From Desulfosoma sp. (GTDB taxonomy: Bacteria; Desulfobacterota; Syntrophobacteria; Syntrophobacterales; DSM-9756): a DNA stretch of 64,000 bases. A program made the translations under genes and the position numbers. Of this stretch, positions 51,191 to 61,443 are shown piece by piece. Within the stretch, counting starts at the first letter, position 1; every line of letters begins with the position of its first letter. The notes beneath the pieces were generated by a model. It did no database searches. It saw only the letters and a list, made by a program, of their open reading frames with translations, and was not told the origin of the DNA. The stretch covers positions 32,001 through 96,000 of the forward strand of contig JBBFKW010000005.1 of NCBI GenBank assembly GCA_037481835.1, read 5' to 3'.

Positions 51191-51778
51191 TTAGAGTTCC
51201 CCTGAACGCTCCGGCCCGCCTCGAAAGGGCAATCTTTTCAAGGGGGTATATTGGGCTCCATCGGGCTTGAGATCGCTTTTATACAACACCACTTCGGAGA
51301 CGTCAAAAATAACCCCTTGATAAGAGTGCCGGGCCGTCAGCGCCTCCTGAAGGGCTTTCAGCTGGCGCCGTCCCTTGACTCTGCCGAGGGTCAGATGGGC
51401 CCGAAAGGGACGATTCTCCTTGGGAAATCCCAACCGTTCCAGAGCCTCTTCCACACGACGATGGAGCCCCTTGAGCGGCTCCAGGTCCCCCTGAACGCCC
51501 ACCCAGATCACGCGCATCTCGCGCAGGGAGGGGAAAGCGCCGCATCCCGCCGGACGCAGCGCGAACGGGCTCACCGACTCTACGGCGGATCTCAAGGCAT
51601 CGCCAATGGCCTCTACGGCCGATTCCTCCACGTTGCCGAGGAATTTCAGGGTGAGATGAATCCGATCGGGCCGGATCCAGCTTACGGCCGCATCCAGCTT
51701 TTGCAGCGGGGCACAAAAAGCGGCAAGGTCTCGTTGGACGTCGGCCGGCAGATCCAGAGCCACAAAAGCGCGTATCAT
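51191..51778 (-). CDS. thpR: RNA 2',3'-cyclic phosphodiesterase
   Basis: Two HxT motifs (HLTLKFLG, HLTLGR). Confidence 0.92.
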   Translation of the reverse strand: MIRAFVALDLPADVQRDLAAFCAPLQKLDAAVSWIRPDRIHLTLKFLGNVEESAVEAIGDALRSAVESVSPFALRPAGCGAFPSLREMRVIWVGVQGDLEPLKGLHRRVEEALERLGFPKENRPFRAHLTLGRVKGRRQLKALQEALTARHSYQGVIFDVSEVVLYKSDLKPDGAQYTPLKRLPFRGGPERSGEL

Positions 51779-53037
51779 GACCGCAGCATCCTCCACAAGA
51801 GGGCCAAGGCTTCCTGAACGGAGTGTTCTTGCACGAGTCGCCGGCTTCCGTAAAAATGGTGCCTTTCCACGATCACCTGCTCCTGCAGCGCGCAACCGAT
51901 AAAAACGGTTCCCACGGGTTTTTGAGCTGACCCGCCCGAGGGGCCCGCAATGCCCGTGACGGCCAAGGCGGCATCGGCGCGAGAACGGCGGAGGGCCCCG
52001 CGCGCCATGGCCTCGCAGACGGGGCGGCTCACCGCCCCATGTTCCCGCAGGAGATTTTCGGGTACTCCGAGAAGATCCTGCTTGGCCTGGTTGCTGTAGG
52101 TCACAAAGCCCCTGTCAAAATAATCGGAAGCCCCGGCAACGGAGGTAATCCGGGCAGCAAGGAGCCCCCCGGTGCAGGATTCCGCAACGGCCAGCTTCCA
52201 GCCTCGATCCCGCATCATGGCGCCGACGACCGATTCCAGAGTTTCCTCGTCCCGGCCGATGACATGCGCTGGGTCCAGGAGGGAGAGAAGCTTTTCTTCC
52301 GCCGCTTGCAAGATTTTTTCCGCATCGGCCTCGCAACACGCCGTCGCCAAGAGGGTCACCCAGTTTTCCCCGGTTTGAGGCAGATAGCCCAGTTTGATCC
52401 CATGTGATGCGGGATCAAAACCGCTCAGTCGCTCGTTGATTTCCGATTCCATCAAACCGTGGATGCGCAGGATGCGCTTTCGGCACACGGGCCTGTCGGG
52501 AAACCGGCGCACAAGGTCAGGCAGGACCACTTCAGCCAGCAAGGTTTCCATCTCGTGGGGAACACCGGGAAGGAAATAACAGGGCACTCCCCGGTGTTCG
52601 AGGAAAAATCCCGCCATGGGCCGTCCCGGCGCCATGCGCGTGGCCCCTTGCGGCAGCTCGGCAAGGCGGCCCAACCGGTCGCTCCACGTGCCGCCTCGAG
52701 CCTGAACCCTGGCCATCAAGTGTTTCAAATCCGTTTCGTCCACGGCCATGGGAAGGGCGAAAGCGCGAGCGACCGCCGACTTGGTCTGATCGTCGTCCGT
52801 AGGGCCGAGCCCGCCCGTTACGATGACGAATCGGCTTTCCGCCGTCAGCTGCTCCAGCTGAAAGGCGATGGCCTCTTCAGCGTCTTCCACGACGACCACC
52901 TTCCCCAGCCGAAACCCTTGCGCTCTCAATGCACCGGCAATGTGGTGGGCGTTGGTGTTAAGGATGTCTCCCAGAAGGATTTCGTCGCCTATGGTAAGCA
53001 ACGATCCGCGAACATCCTGAGGGGTTCCTCGATCCAT
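51775..53037 (-). CDS. cinA: CinA-like protein (MoCF domain + NMN deamidase)
   Basis: IGDEILLG..NTN, TGGLGPTDDD, LPGVP.EM, AESCTGG, GAVS, TGIAGPSGG. Confidence 0.92.
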   Translation of the reverse strand: MDRGTPQDVRGSLLTIGDEILLGDILNTNAHHIAGALRAQGFRLGKVVVVEDAEEAIAFQLEQLTAESRFVIVTGGLGPTDDDQTKSAVARAFALPMAVDETDLKHLMARVQARGGTWSDRLGRLAELPQGATRMAPGRPMAGFFLEHRGVPCYFLPGVPHEMETLLAEVVLPDLVRRFPDRPVCRKRILRIHGLMESEINERLSGFDPASHGIKLGYLPQTGENWVTLLATACCEADAEKILQAAEEKLLSLLDPAHVIGRDEETLESVVGAMMRDRGWKLAVAESCTGGLLAARITSVAGASDYFDRGFVTYSNQAKQDLLGVPENLLREHGAVSRPVCEAMARGALRRSRADAALAVTGIAGPSGGSAQKPVGTVFIGCALQEQVIVERHHFYGSRRLVQEHSVQEALALLWRMLRS

Positions 53038-54233
53038 CACGGCTCCGTCTCGGCTTTGGGAGCGTTTCTCTTTTCCAGGCAGATCCTTTTCACCTCGTCG
53101 TAGACGAGGGGCAACGGCGTTGCGGTGCGCCGTGCCGCCTCCCGGCACTCCTCATATTCGGGCTGATACCGCACCGTTCCGTCGGGGAGGGTGGCCGCTT
53201 TGACCCGCAGGGGCCCCCACGGTGTGGTCACTTCGCACGTCGTGCGCTGCAGCTCCAGACGATCCACCTCATGGAATCGAACCCCCAAGGTGGTGCTTTC
53301 CGAAAAGACGCGCGACGCCACGCGGTCCCTCAGGGACGGCTCCATGAGCACACGGACCAGGGTCGCCGGCCGGTTTTTCTTCATGATCCCTGGAACGAGC
53401 ACCACATCCAAGGCCCCTTCCGCAAAACAGGCTTCCATGAGGTGTTCGTAGAATTCGGGATTCATATCGTCAATGTGGGTTTCCATGAGGAGCAGCCGTC
53501 GGGACCTGACCGAGGGTTCCGATTCGCCCACCATGAGGCGCAGCACATTGGGCGGATCCGCCGCCGGGTGCGCCCCCACGCCGTATCCTACCGCACCGAG
53601 GACCATGGGGGGAAGAGGGCCGAAGGCACGGCACAGACCGCTCAAAATGGCGGCGCCGGTGGGTGTCACCAGTTCTCTTTCCACACCGCCGTCGCGCACG
53701 GGAACGCCTTCCAAGAGCGCCACGGTTGCCGGCGCCGGCACAGGGAGGACACCGTGGGCGCAGGAGACGCGGCCCCGTCCCAAAGGAAGCGGGGAAGCCT
53801 GGAGAGCTTCAATGCCCAGGGCGTCCAGCCCGATCACGGTTCCAACGATATCGATCACGGTATCTACCGCGCCGATTTCGTGAAAATGGACGTCCTCCAC
53901 ATGCATCCCGTGCACCCTGGCTTCCGCCTTGGCCAGTCGCTCCAGGATGTGCAATGATTTTCGCTGGATGCCCTCGGGTAACCGGGAAGTCGTGATCAGG
54001 GCTCGGATGTCTCGGTAATGCCTTAACGGCGCCGATCCGTCGTCGTGGACAATCACCCGCGTGCCGGTGATGGCCCCCCGGGATTCTTTTCTCACCTCGA
54101 GGCGCCACCCCGTGAGGGGAAGAGCCTGCAAAGCGTCCGTGAGAGCCTCAGGCGAAACGCCCGCATCGATGAGGGCGCCGAGCATCATGTCCCCGCTGGC
54201 GCCCGAAAAGGCGTCCACATAAGCCAACCGCAT
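53037..54233 (-). CDS. larC: LarC-family nickel-pincer cofactor biosynthesis protein
   Basis: GASGDM.LGAL, VHFHEIGAVD, HG.LPVPAPA, ELVTPTGAA, ET.IDD, MKKNRP, TTLGVR, PEYE. Confidence 0.9.
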   Translation of the reverse strand: MRLAYVDAFSGASGDMMLGALIDAGVSPEALTDALQALPLTGWRLEVRKESRGAITGTRVIVHDDGSAPLRHYRDIRALITTSRLPEGIQRKSLHILERLAKAEARVHGMHVEDVHFHEIGAVDTVIDIVGTVIGLDALGIEALQASPLPLGRGRVSCAHGVLPVPAPATVALLEGVPVRDGGVERELVTPTGAAILSGLCRAFGPLPPMVLGAVGYGVGAHPAADPPNVLRLMVGESEPSVRSRRLLLMETHIDDMNPEFYEHLMEACFAEGALDVVLVPGIMKKNRPATLVRVLMEPSLRDRVASRVFSESTTLGVRFHEVDRLELQRTTCEVTTPWGPLRVKAATLPDGTVRYQPEYEECREAARRTATPLPLVYDEVKRICLEKRNAPKAETEP

Positions 54234-54237
54234 TTCG

Positions 54238-56580
54238 TCATTCGCCTTTCGCGTCGAAAAGCCGTGCCAAAACTTGATCCATGTGGGTCATGGGGACAAA
54301 GGTCACGGATCGGGTGACATACTTGGGCAATTGCGCCGCCTCGGCTGTGTTGGCTTGAGGGATGAGCACGGAAGCGACCCCGAAGCGAGCCGCCGCCAGA
54401 GCCTTTTCCCGAAAGCCTCCCACGGGAAGAACGTCTCCCAAAAGAGAAATTTCTCCCGTCATGGCACAGAATTCTCGAATGGGCTTCTGCAGCACGGCGG
54501 AGACGAGAGCGGCACACAGGGCCATTCCGGCGGACGGCCCGTCCTTGGGCACCGCTCCGGCCGGCACGTGGATGTGGATGTCGGCCTTTTCGTGGAAATC
54601 CGCGGGCACACCCAGCCTGTGGGCTCGGGTCCGAATGAAGCTTATGGCCGCCTGAGCCGATTCCTTCATGACGGTCCCCAGGTGACCTGTGAGCACCACG
54701 GTGCCTTTGCCCGGCATGACGGCCGCTTCGATGCGCAGCACCTCCCCGCCGTGGGGCGTCCACGCCAGCGCCAAGGCCATTCCCGGAATGATCGGGACAT
54801 GTCGGCTGACAAGGTCCCGCTGGGGCGGCCCCAGATATCGCTCCAGGCACCCCCTGGTGATGCGCAACGGCGGGGGGCTCCCTTCGGCCGCCTTTCGCGC
54901 CGCCTTGCGGCAGAGGGTGCCGAGAGCCCTTTCCAACTGGCGAACGCCGGACTCCCGCGTGTACCGGTGCACGATTTCCATCAGGGCCGCTTCGCTGATG
55001 GCCACATCGCCGGAGCGCAGCCCATGTTCTTGGAGCTGGCGCGGCAGAAGGTAGTTTTTGGCGATAATCATCTTTTCCCGGTCCGTATATCCGGAAAGAT
55101 GGAGGACCTCCATGCGGTCAGCCAGAGCCGGCGGGACGTTTTCCAGGCTGTTGGCGGTGGCGATGAAAAGGACCTGGGAAAGATCGAACGCCACGTTCAA
55201 ATAATGATCGGAAAAAGCCCGGTTTTGCTCCGGATCCAGGACTTCCAGGAGCGCCGCGGCGGGATCGCCGCGGGCGTCGGAGCCGATTTTGTCGATTTCA
55301 TCGAGCATGAAGACCGGGTTCTTGGTTCCCGCATTGCGAAGCCCCTGGATGATGCGTCCAGGCAAAGCCCCGAGATACGTGCGCCGGTGTCCTCGGATTT
55401 CGGCCTCATCCCGAATGCCCCCCAAGGAGACGCGCACAAAGCGGCGGCCCATGGCTTTGGCGATGGAGCGCCCCAGAGATGTTTTGCCCACACCGGGCGG
55501 CCCGACCAGGCACAGGATGGAGCCTTTGAGTCCTCCCTTGAGGCTGCAAACGCCGAGAAAATCCAGGATACGCTCCTTCACCGCCTCCATGTCATGGTGG
55601 TCGGCGTCCAACACGCGGGCGGCTTCCGCAAGATCCAGCCGATCGACCGTGGTGCGCTGCCACGGCATTTCAATGAGCCAGTCCAGATAGGTGCGCACGA
55701 TGGAGGCTTCGGCGGCATCGCTTTGCATCATCATGAGGCGCTCGAGCTCGCGCATCGCCTCCCGATGGGCTTCGGGGCTCATCCCCGAAGCCTGGATCTT
55801 TTCCCGGTAGACGTTTTCTTCTTTGTCTTCGTCCCATTCGCCCAGTTCGCGGCGAATGGCCTTGAGCTGCTCTCTGAGATAACGCTCCCTTTGCCGCCGA
55901 AGAAGGGCGCTTTGGGCTTCGGATTCGATCTCCAGTTGGACCTCGGCTTTCTGAAGCTCCACGGCCAGAGCCTCGGCCACCCTTTCCAAACGTTCCCCAG
56001 GATCGGCGATGGCCATGAGGCGGCAACATTCGTGGGGATCCACGTGGAGGTTGAACGCCAGGAGATCGGCGAGTCGCCCTGGTGATGAGGCGCTTTGGAG
56101 CACGGCTTCCGCGTCGGCGGCGTGCATGCCGCGCAAGGTGAAAAGCTTCACCCCCATACGGCGCACCCGGGTGACGAGGGGAACGAGGTTTTCCGCGAAA
56201 GGCGAATCGGCTTCCACCAAGGGGTCGACGCGGACCCGGATTCCAGGGGTTCGGGCCGTCACGTGAGTGACCTTGGCCTTGGCAATGCCTTGAACGAGGA
56301 TCTTGTGCCGGCCGTCTTCCAATGCCGTGTTCTTGAGGACGAGAGCGACACAGCCCACGGCGCCGTCCCAGGCCGTCTCGGGATCGTCGTTCAGGCCGCA
56401 CGCGCCGTCTTGGGCACAGCACGCAGCCAAAAACACGTAGCGACCCGTTTTTTCCGCCTCGGCAAGAGCGGCCTTTTCGCCCGGATCCGAAAGGAACAAA
56501 GGGAGAATCATGGCGGGAAAGAGCATGGTGTGGCGCAAGGGCAATACCGGCAAGTCCGTGGGCCATGAGGGTGTGGTCAT
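54238..56580 (-). CDS. lon: ATP-dependent Lon protease
   Basis: LPVLPLR, GPPGVGKTS, IRGHRRTY, LDEIDK, PKDGPSAG, TGEI. Confidence 0.95.
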   Translation of the reverse strand: MTTPSWPTDLPVLPLRHTMLFPAMILPLFLSDPGEKAALAEAEKTGRYVFLAACCAQDGACGLNDDPETAWDGAVGCVALVLKNTALEDGRHKILVQGIAKAKVTHVTARTPGIRVRVDPLVEADSPFAENLVPLVTRVRRMGVKLFTLRGMHAADAEAVLQSASSPGRLADLLAFNLHVDPHECCRLMAIADPGERLERVAEALAVELQKAEVQLEIESEAQSALLRRQRERYLREQLKAIRRELGEWDEDKEENVYREKIQASGMSPEAHREAMRELERLMMMQSDAAEASIVRTYLDWLIEMPWQRTTVDRLDLAEAARVLDADHHDMEAVKERILDFLGVCSLKGGLKGSILCLVGPPGVGKTSLGRSIAKAMGRRFVRVSLGGIRDEAEIRGHRRTYLGALPGRIIQGLRNAGTKNPVFMLDEIDKIGSDARGDPAAALLEVLDPEQNRAFSDHYLNVAFDLSQVLFIATANSLENVPPALADRMEVLHLSGYTDREKMIIAKNYLLPRQLQEHGLRSGDVAISEAALMEIVHRYTRESGVRQLERALGTLCRKAARKAAEGSPPPLRITRGCLERYLGPPQRDLVSRHVPIIPGMALALAWTPHGGEVLRIEAAVMPGKGTVVLTGHLGTVMKESAQAAISFIRTRAHRLGVPADFHEKADIHIHVPAGAVPKDGPSAGMALCAALVSAVLQKPIREFCAMTGEISLLGDVLPVGGFREKALAAARFGVASVLIPQANTAEAAQLPKYVTRSVTFVPMTHMDQVLARLFDAKGE

Positions 56581-56710
56581 GGTGCGGCGTCGTCCTCCCG
56601 CATCCCCCTTAACAGCGCGCTCCCCCCTTGTCAACACGCGAGCACGGCCTTGCTTCTCTTGACAGGCGAGGGGTCGGATGATAGTTAGTCGGCACCCAGT
56701 TTCACCCTAT

Positions 56711-56803
56711 GGAGGGATGGCCGAGTGGTTTAAGGCGGCGGTCTTGAAAACCGTTGGTCGGTTCGCAGCCGGCCCGTGGGTTCGAATCCTACTCCCTCCG
56801 CCA
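56711..56803 (+). tRNA. tRNA-Ser (anticodon TGA)
   Basis: GGAGGGA/TCCCTCC acceptor stem, loop CT-TGA-AA, long variable arm, GTTCGAATC, encoded CCA. Confidence 0.95.
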
Positions 56804-56819
56804 CGACCATGCGTCGCTT

Positions 56820-56912
56820 GGAGAGATGGCCGAGTCGGCTGAAGGCGCTCGCCTGCTAAGCGAGTGTACTCCGAAAGGGGTACCGAGGGTTCGAATCCCT
56901 CTCTCTCCGCCA
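56820..56912 (+). tRNA. tRNA-Ser (anticodon GCT)
   Basis: GGAGAGA/TCTCTCC acceptor stem, loop CT-GCT-AA, long variable arm, GTTCGAATC, encoded CCA. Confidence 0.95.
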
Positions 56913-56982
56913 CCTTATCCAATCCGCCCGACCCACCCGGTCGGGCTTTCGTGTTTTGCAAGGGATTGTTTCGGGAGGGCCT

Positions 56983-57504
56983 ATGTCGGAAGAGACCAGG
57001 AATTGGACACATTTGGACCAACACGGTCGCGTCAAGATGGTGGATGTGAGCGACAAGCCGCCCACATGGCGTGAAGCTCGAGCTCGGGCCCGGGTGCGCA
57101 TGGCACCGGAAACCCTGAAACGCATCCTCGAGGGAACCGTCGCCAAAGGAAACGTTTTCGACACGGCCCGCCTTGCCGGCATCATGGCCGCCAAGAAAAC
57201 ATGGGAACTCATTCCCCTGTGCCACCCCCTGGCCCTCACAGCAGTGGACGTCTTCCTCGAACCCGATCCCGATTTGCCCGGGGTGCGCCTGGAGGCTCAC
57301 ACCAAGACCTGCGAGCGAACCGGCGTGGAAATGGAAGCCCTGGTAGCGGTCACCCACGCCGCCCTGACGCTCTATGACATGTGCAAAGCGCTGGATCGGA
57401 CGATGGTCCTGGAAGATATCCGACTGACCTACAAAAGCGGCGGCCGAAGCGGCACCTTCCACCTCCAGGAGCCCGCGCAAGATCTTGCAGGCCTAACCCC
57501 CTAG
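56983..57504 (+). CDS. moaC: Cyclic pyranopterin monophosphate synthase MoaC
   Basis: THLD..G.V.MVDVS.K, AGIMAAK.T.ELIPLCHP, TGVEMEAL, YDMCKA, KSGG. Confidence 0.96.
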   Translation: MSEETRNWTHLDQHGRVKMVDVSDKPPTWREARARARVRMAPETLKRILEGTVAKGNVFDTARLAGIMAAKKTWELIPLCHPLALTAVDVFLEPDPDLPGVRLEAHTKTCERTGVEMEALVAVTHAALTLYDMCKALDRTMVLEDIRLTYKSGGRSGTFHLQEPAQDLAGLTP

Positions 57505-57810
57505 ACGGAGCTCCAGCCCAAGTTTCAGGTATAAAGGATTATGAAGAAGGCAACCTCGAACATCCTCGGTCTTTCTCCGCCTACGGGCCATAGCGTGAAA
57601 ACCCCTTTAATCCCATAGGCAGCGGATAGCAGCCGCGGCATGACTTCACTCTCAAGTCTCCCTCCTTGCCCACTGACAGTTTTGGTCCCTTTGCGGGAAC
57701 ATGGCAGAAACGCGCCGCAGAGCGGGATTTCCGCCGCATTTTAGGCTTTACAACCCGGCATGCTCTATGCTAGCCAACATGCCTTCATCACAGCGCGCGG
57801 AGGACTCGCC

Positions 57811-58173
57811 ATGGACCAAGAGACACTGGCCTACTTCAAGGAAATTCTCGAACAGCGACTGCGCGAGCTTATCGAGGAAGCGGAAAAGACTGTAACGGGC
57901 ATGACCGACGAAGGGGAAACGTTCCCCGACCCCACCGACCGGGCCTCATTGGAGTCGGACCGGAACTTCATGCTGCGCATCCGCGACCGGGAGCGCAAAC
58001 TCATCACCAAGATCCGCGAAGCGCTCCAGCGGATCGAGGACGGGTCTTTCGGCATTTGCGAAGCCTGCGGGGACGACATCGGGATCGAGCGCTTGAAGGC
58101 TCGGCCCGTGACCACCCTGTGCATCGACTGCAAGCGCCGACAGGAAGCTTTGGAAAAGATCCGGGAAGCCTGA
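57811..58173 (+). CDS. dksA: RNA polymerase-binding protein DksA
   Basis: PDPTDRASLE, RDRERKLI.KI, C4 zinc finger CEAC...CIDC. Confidence 0.94.
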   Translation: MDQETLAYFKEILEQRLRELIEEAEKTVTGMTDEGETFPDPTDRASLESDRNFMLRIRDRERKLITKIREALQRIEDGSFGICEACGDDIGIERLKARPVTTLCIDCKRRQEALEKIREA

Positions 58174-58210
58174 GGGATGCGCTGCCAGGCGGCGTGGACT
58201 CCCAAGCGGC

Positions 58211-59236
58211 CTATGCATGGCGCAGGTGGAGGATGTCGCCGACCCACACGGTTTCGCGCCTCCCGTCCGGCGTTTCCACCACCAGGCCGCCCCGGTCCGT
58301 GAGATCCCGGGCGGTTCCTTCGAGCATCCGCTCCGCCACTCGGATGCACACCCATTTGCCGAGCACGGCCGAAAGGTTCTTCAAGTCGTCCCGAAGGGAT
58401 GCCAACCCTTTTTCCAGGTACTCTCCGTAGAGCTCTTCCATGGTGTTGAGAAAAGCCGCCAGGACCTGGGCGCGGCTGATACCCCACGGCTCGTCGCCTT
58501 CCCGGCGAACCCGTTCCCATTCCAAAGCCAGGGATGTGGCCGGATACAGGGCCTCCGCCGGAAGGTCCTCCTCGCGGTGCAACACATTGACCCCGACGCC
58601 CACCACCAGAAACTGGATCCGGTCCGGATCGGACTGCATTTCGGTTAGAATCCCGGCGACTTTCTTTCCCGCGATCAAGACATCGTTGGGCCACTTGATG
58701 CGGGCGTCCAGAGCCCATATGGTCCGAAGGCAGCGGGCCAACGCCAAGGCCGTCACCAAAGTCGATTCCGGCCCCTGCCGGGGCGGCACATCGGGGCGAA
58801 GAATCATGGAAAAATAAAGCCCCATGCCTTTGGGCGAATGCCACGGCCGGCGAAGCCTGCCGCGACCCGCCGTCTGCTCTTCCGCCACCACCGTCGTCCC
58901 GTGGGGCGCTCCGCGTCGCGCCAGATCCATGGCACGGTCGTTGGTCGATCCGATGGATTCGTGGTAGTCATACGTGCGGCCTAGGAAGCGGGTTTGCAAG
59001 AGCGGCAGGACCTCTTCCGGCCTGAGCGACCGGCTTAGAGCCGTAAGCCGGTATCCTCTCTTAGGGAGGCTTTCGATCAGGTAGCCCCGGGACCGAAGGG
59101 TGCGGATGTGTTTCCATACGGCCGTCCGCGATATCCCCAAGGACGCCGCAAGCTCTTTTCCCGAAACGGTCTCTCCCCGGCGCCTCTTGAGTTCCGCCAA
59201 GACCGAAAGCAGGGTTCCCGCTCGTTCCGGCATCAT
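58211..59236 (-). CDS. birA: Bifunctional biotin ligase/repressor BirA
   Basis: HTH SG..LA..LGISRTAVWKHI; STN, QTAGRGR, KWPND, KVAGILTE. Confidence 0.95.
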   Translation of the reverse strand: MMPERAGTLLSVLAELKRRRGETVSGKELAASLGISRTAVWKHIRTLRSRGYLIESLPKRGYRLTALSRSLRPEEVLPLLQTRFLGRTYDYHESIGSTNDRAMDLARRGAPHGTTVVAEEQTAGRGRLRRPWHSPKGMGLYFSMILRPDVPPRQGPESTLVTALALARCLRTIWALDARIKWPNDVLIAGKKVAGILTEMQSDPDRIQFLVVGVGVNVLHREEDLPAEALYPATSLALEWERVRREGDEPWGISRAQVLAAFLNTMEELYGEYLEKGLASLRDDLKNLSAVLGKWVCIRVAERMLEGTARDLTDRGGLVVETPDGRRETVWVGDILHLRHA

Positions 59237-59991
59237 CCCACCCCTACGATCAAACCCAGAGCCGCGTGATAGAGTGCAATTTCCGTCACTTCGTTCACGG
59301 CACCCAACATATCCCCCGTCATGCCGCCGATCCACCGTTTCGCCGCCCGCCGAAGCGGCACGGCCGCCGCCAGCGCCATTCCCGCCAAAAACACACCTGA
59401 CAGCCCCTCCAGGGCGACGGCGGCCGTCACAGCCCATACGGCGGCCCACACCAGTTCCCGGCGCCCCACATGGTCGAGGAAAGCCTTGCCCAAACCGCCT
59501 TCCGCCCGAGCGTAAGGGATCTTGTACGTGCAGAGGACCATGGTGCAGCGGCTGAGCGCCGGCACCAGGATGAGCGCCGACCACCGCTGGGCGGCGAGAA
59601 GTCCCGCGACGGAAAAAACCTTGAGACCGATATCGAAGATGAGCGCCAGGACTCCGAAAGTCCCCACACGGCTGTCCTTCATGATGGCCAGCCGCCGCGA
59701 GGGCTCGTAGGCGCCCCCCACACCGTCCGCCACATCGGCCAGACCGTCCAGATGCAGACCCCGGGTGAGCCATGTTCCCAAGGCCACCACCCACAGGGCA
59801 CTCAACTGCGCAGAAAAAGCAAAGCTCAGTCCCCAGCCCGCCGCGGCCTGGAGCGTGCCGAGGATAAGCCCGACGATGGGAAAGGCGGCAAGGGAGCGAG
59901 CCACTTCCTCCGGAGCGGCTATCGCTGTCCCCTGCCCGGGGAGGCGCAGTCGGCTGAGAAACCCCAAGGCCATGCCCATATCTTTCCACAT
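59233..59991 (-). CDS. cobS: Adenosylcobinamide-GDP ribazoletransferase
   Basis: TRGLHLDGLADVADG, IMKDSRVGTFG, GGMTGD.LGA..E. Confidence 0.94.
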   Translation of the reverse strand: MWKDMGMALGFLSRLRLPGQGTAIAAPEEVARSLAAFPIVGLILGTLQAAAGWGLSFAFSAQLSALWVVALGTWLTRGLHLDGLADVADGVGGAYEPSRRLAIMKDSRVGTFGVLALIFDIGLKVFSVAGLLAAQRWSALILVPALSRCTMVLCTYKIPYARAEGGLGKAFLDHVGRRELVWAAVWAVTAAVALEGLSGVFLAGMALAAAVPLRRAAKRWIGGMTGDMLGAVNEVTEIALYHAALGLIVGVG

Positions 59992-60028
59992 GGGGGTTTC
60001 GTCCTTTGCGGGCCGCTTAACCGGCTTT

Positions 60029-60559
60029 TCAGCGAGGTTTCAAGGCGACGGGAATGCCGGCGATGACGTAAGTGACGGCCCGGCACGCCTTGGCCACCTG
60101 TTGGTTGGCCCACCCCGCCAGGTCCCGATAGGTTCGGGCCAAAGCGTTTTCCGGGACGATGCCGCAGCCCACCTCGTTGGACACAAGAAGCACTGGAGAG
60201 CGTACCGAGGAAAGGGCGTCACAAAGGGCGCCCACGGAAGCTCGGAGCGCGTTTTCGCCCGAACGGAGCAACAGGTTGGAATACCACAGAGTCAGGCAGT
60301 CCACCAAGACGGGGCCCGGTTCGGCATCCAACCGCACGAGGGTTTCCGGAAGGGCCACAGGACATTCCACCGTTCGCCACGATTCGCCGCGGCGGCTCCG
60401 GTGCTCCGTAACACGCCGGGCCATTTCTTCGTCGAGGATTTCTGCCGTCGCTACGTATCGGTACGGAGGCTGAAAGGCGCTCATGAGGGCTTCGGCTTGA
60501 GTGCTTTTGCCGCTTCGCGCCCCTCCCAAAATGAGATGCGGGCTCAGGGGGAGATTCAT
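60029..60559 (-). CDS. cobU: Adenosylcobinamide kinase/guanylyltransferase
   Basis: GGARSGKS, EM..RV..H..RR, LVDCLTLW, SNEVG.GIVP. Confidence 0.94.
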   Translation of the reverse strand: MNLPLSPHLILGGARSGKSTQAEALMSAFQPPYRYVATAEILDEEMARRVTEHRSRRGESWRTVECPVALPETLVRLDAEPGPVLVDCLTLWYSNLLLRSGENALRASVGALCDALSSVRSPVLLVSNEVGCGIVPENALARTYRDLAGWANQQVAKACRAVTYVIAGIPVALKPR

Positions 60560-61443
60560 GGGATGGGATCGTCCTCGGCCGAGTTCGGATCAATACCCAG
60601 TTGGCGAAGCAACTTTTCCAACTGTCCGGGATCCCGAAACCCGATGGTCACCGTCCCCCGGTCCCCCCGCCTTCTCACGGTGACGGGAAGATCCAGCCTT
60701 CGGCGCAACTTCTTTTCCAGTTCGGGCCATCGGGTCCGCGCCGGGGCCGCCTCGGGCTCGGCTTTGGCTTGGAGCACGGCGCTGATGCGTCTTTCCGTCT
60801 GGCGCACCGACAAGTCCCCGCGCAGGATGGCGTCGCGCATGGCCATCCGGGAAGCCTCGTCGGGCAGGGCCAACAGAGCCCTCGCGTGTCCCATGGAAAG
60901 GCGCCCGTCCAAAATGTCCTGTTGGATCGGGAGGGGCAGCTGCACCAACCGCATGATGTTGGCCACGGTGGACCGGTCCTTGCCCACACGCTGGGCGATT
61001 TCGGCCTGGGTCAGGCCGAACTCATCATGCAGTCTCCGGTAGGCCGCCGCCTGTTCGATGCAGTTGAGGTCCTGGCGCTGCAGGTTTTCCACCAAGGCCA
61101 TTTCCAGGGCTTGGCGCGGCGTGGCTTCCCGGACCACGACGGGCACTTCGCTCAGCCCGGCCGCCTTGGCCGCCTGCCATCGCCTTTCTCCCGCAAGGAT
61201 CTGGTAGGTTCCCTGTTCAGCGGCGCGGGTCACCAAAATGGGCTGCAGGATCCCGTTTTCCCGGACGGATTGGACGAGTTCCTGAAGGCTTTCGTCTTCC
61301 ACCTTCTGGCGGGGCTGAAAGGGATTGGGCACCAGGCGGTCCACCGGACAATAGAAGACCTGCACCTCCTCGCTCTTCAACCAGTCGGTGGAAGGCAGCA
61401 GGTCGTGAAGTCCGCGGCCCAAGCCTTTTTTCTTTTCACTCAC
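60556..61443 (-). CDS. parB: ParB/Spo0J partition protein
   Basis: GLGRGL, NPFQPR, GILQP, AGERRW, ALVENLQRQDL, HTH TQAEIA.RVGKDRSTVAN. Confidence 0.93.
   Translation of the reverse strand: MSEKKKGLGRGLHDLLPSTDWLKSEEVQVFYCPVDRLVPNPFQPRQKVEDESLQELVQSVRENGILQPILVTRAAEQGTYQILAGERRWQAAKAAGLSEVPVVVREATPRQALEMALVENLQRQDLNCIEQAAAYRRLHDEFGLTQAEIAQRVGKDRSTVANIMRLVQLPLPIQQDILDGRLSMGHARALLALPDEASRMAMRDAILRGDLSVRQTERRISAVLQAKAEPEAAPARTRWPELEKKLRRRLDLPVTVRRRGDRGTVTIGFRDPGQLEKLLRQLGIDPNSAEDDPIP

Noticed and set aside
51196..51207. GTTC-N4-GAAC upstream of recA as an SOS box
   Set aside because: The half-sites are reversed relative to the GAAC-N4-GTTC box, and the site lies inside the thpR coding end.
56711..56803. 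tRNA with TGA in its anticodon loop as a possible tRNA-Sec
   Set aside because: Anticodon TGA reads UCA (Ser); tRNA-Sec needs anticodon TCA and an 8-bp acceptor stem, and this one has 7 bp.
57505..57810. Small ORF or ncRNA between moaC and dksA
   Set aside because: Only short frames without motifs; no recognisable RNA family structure.
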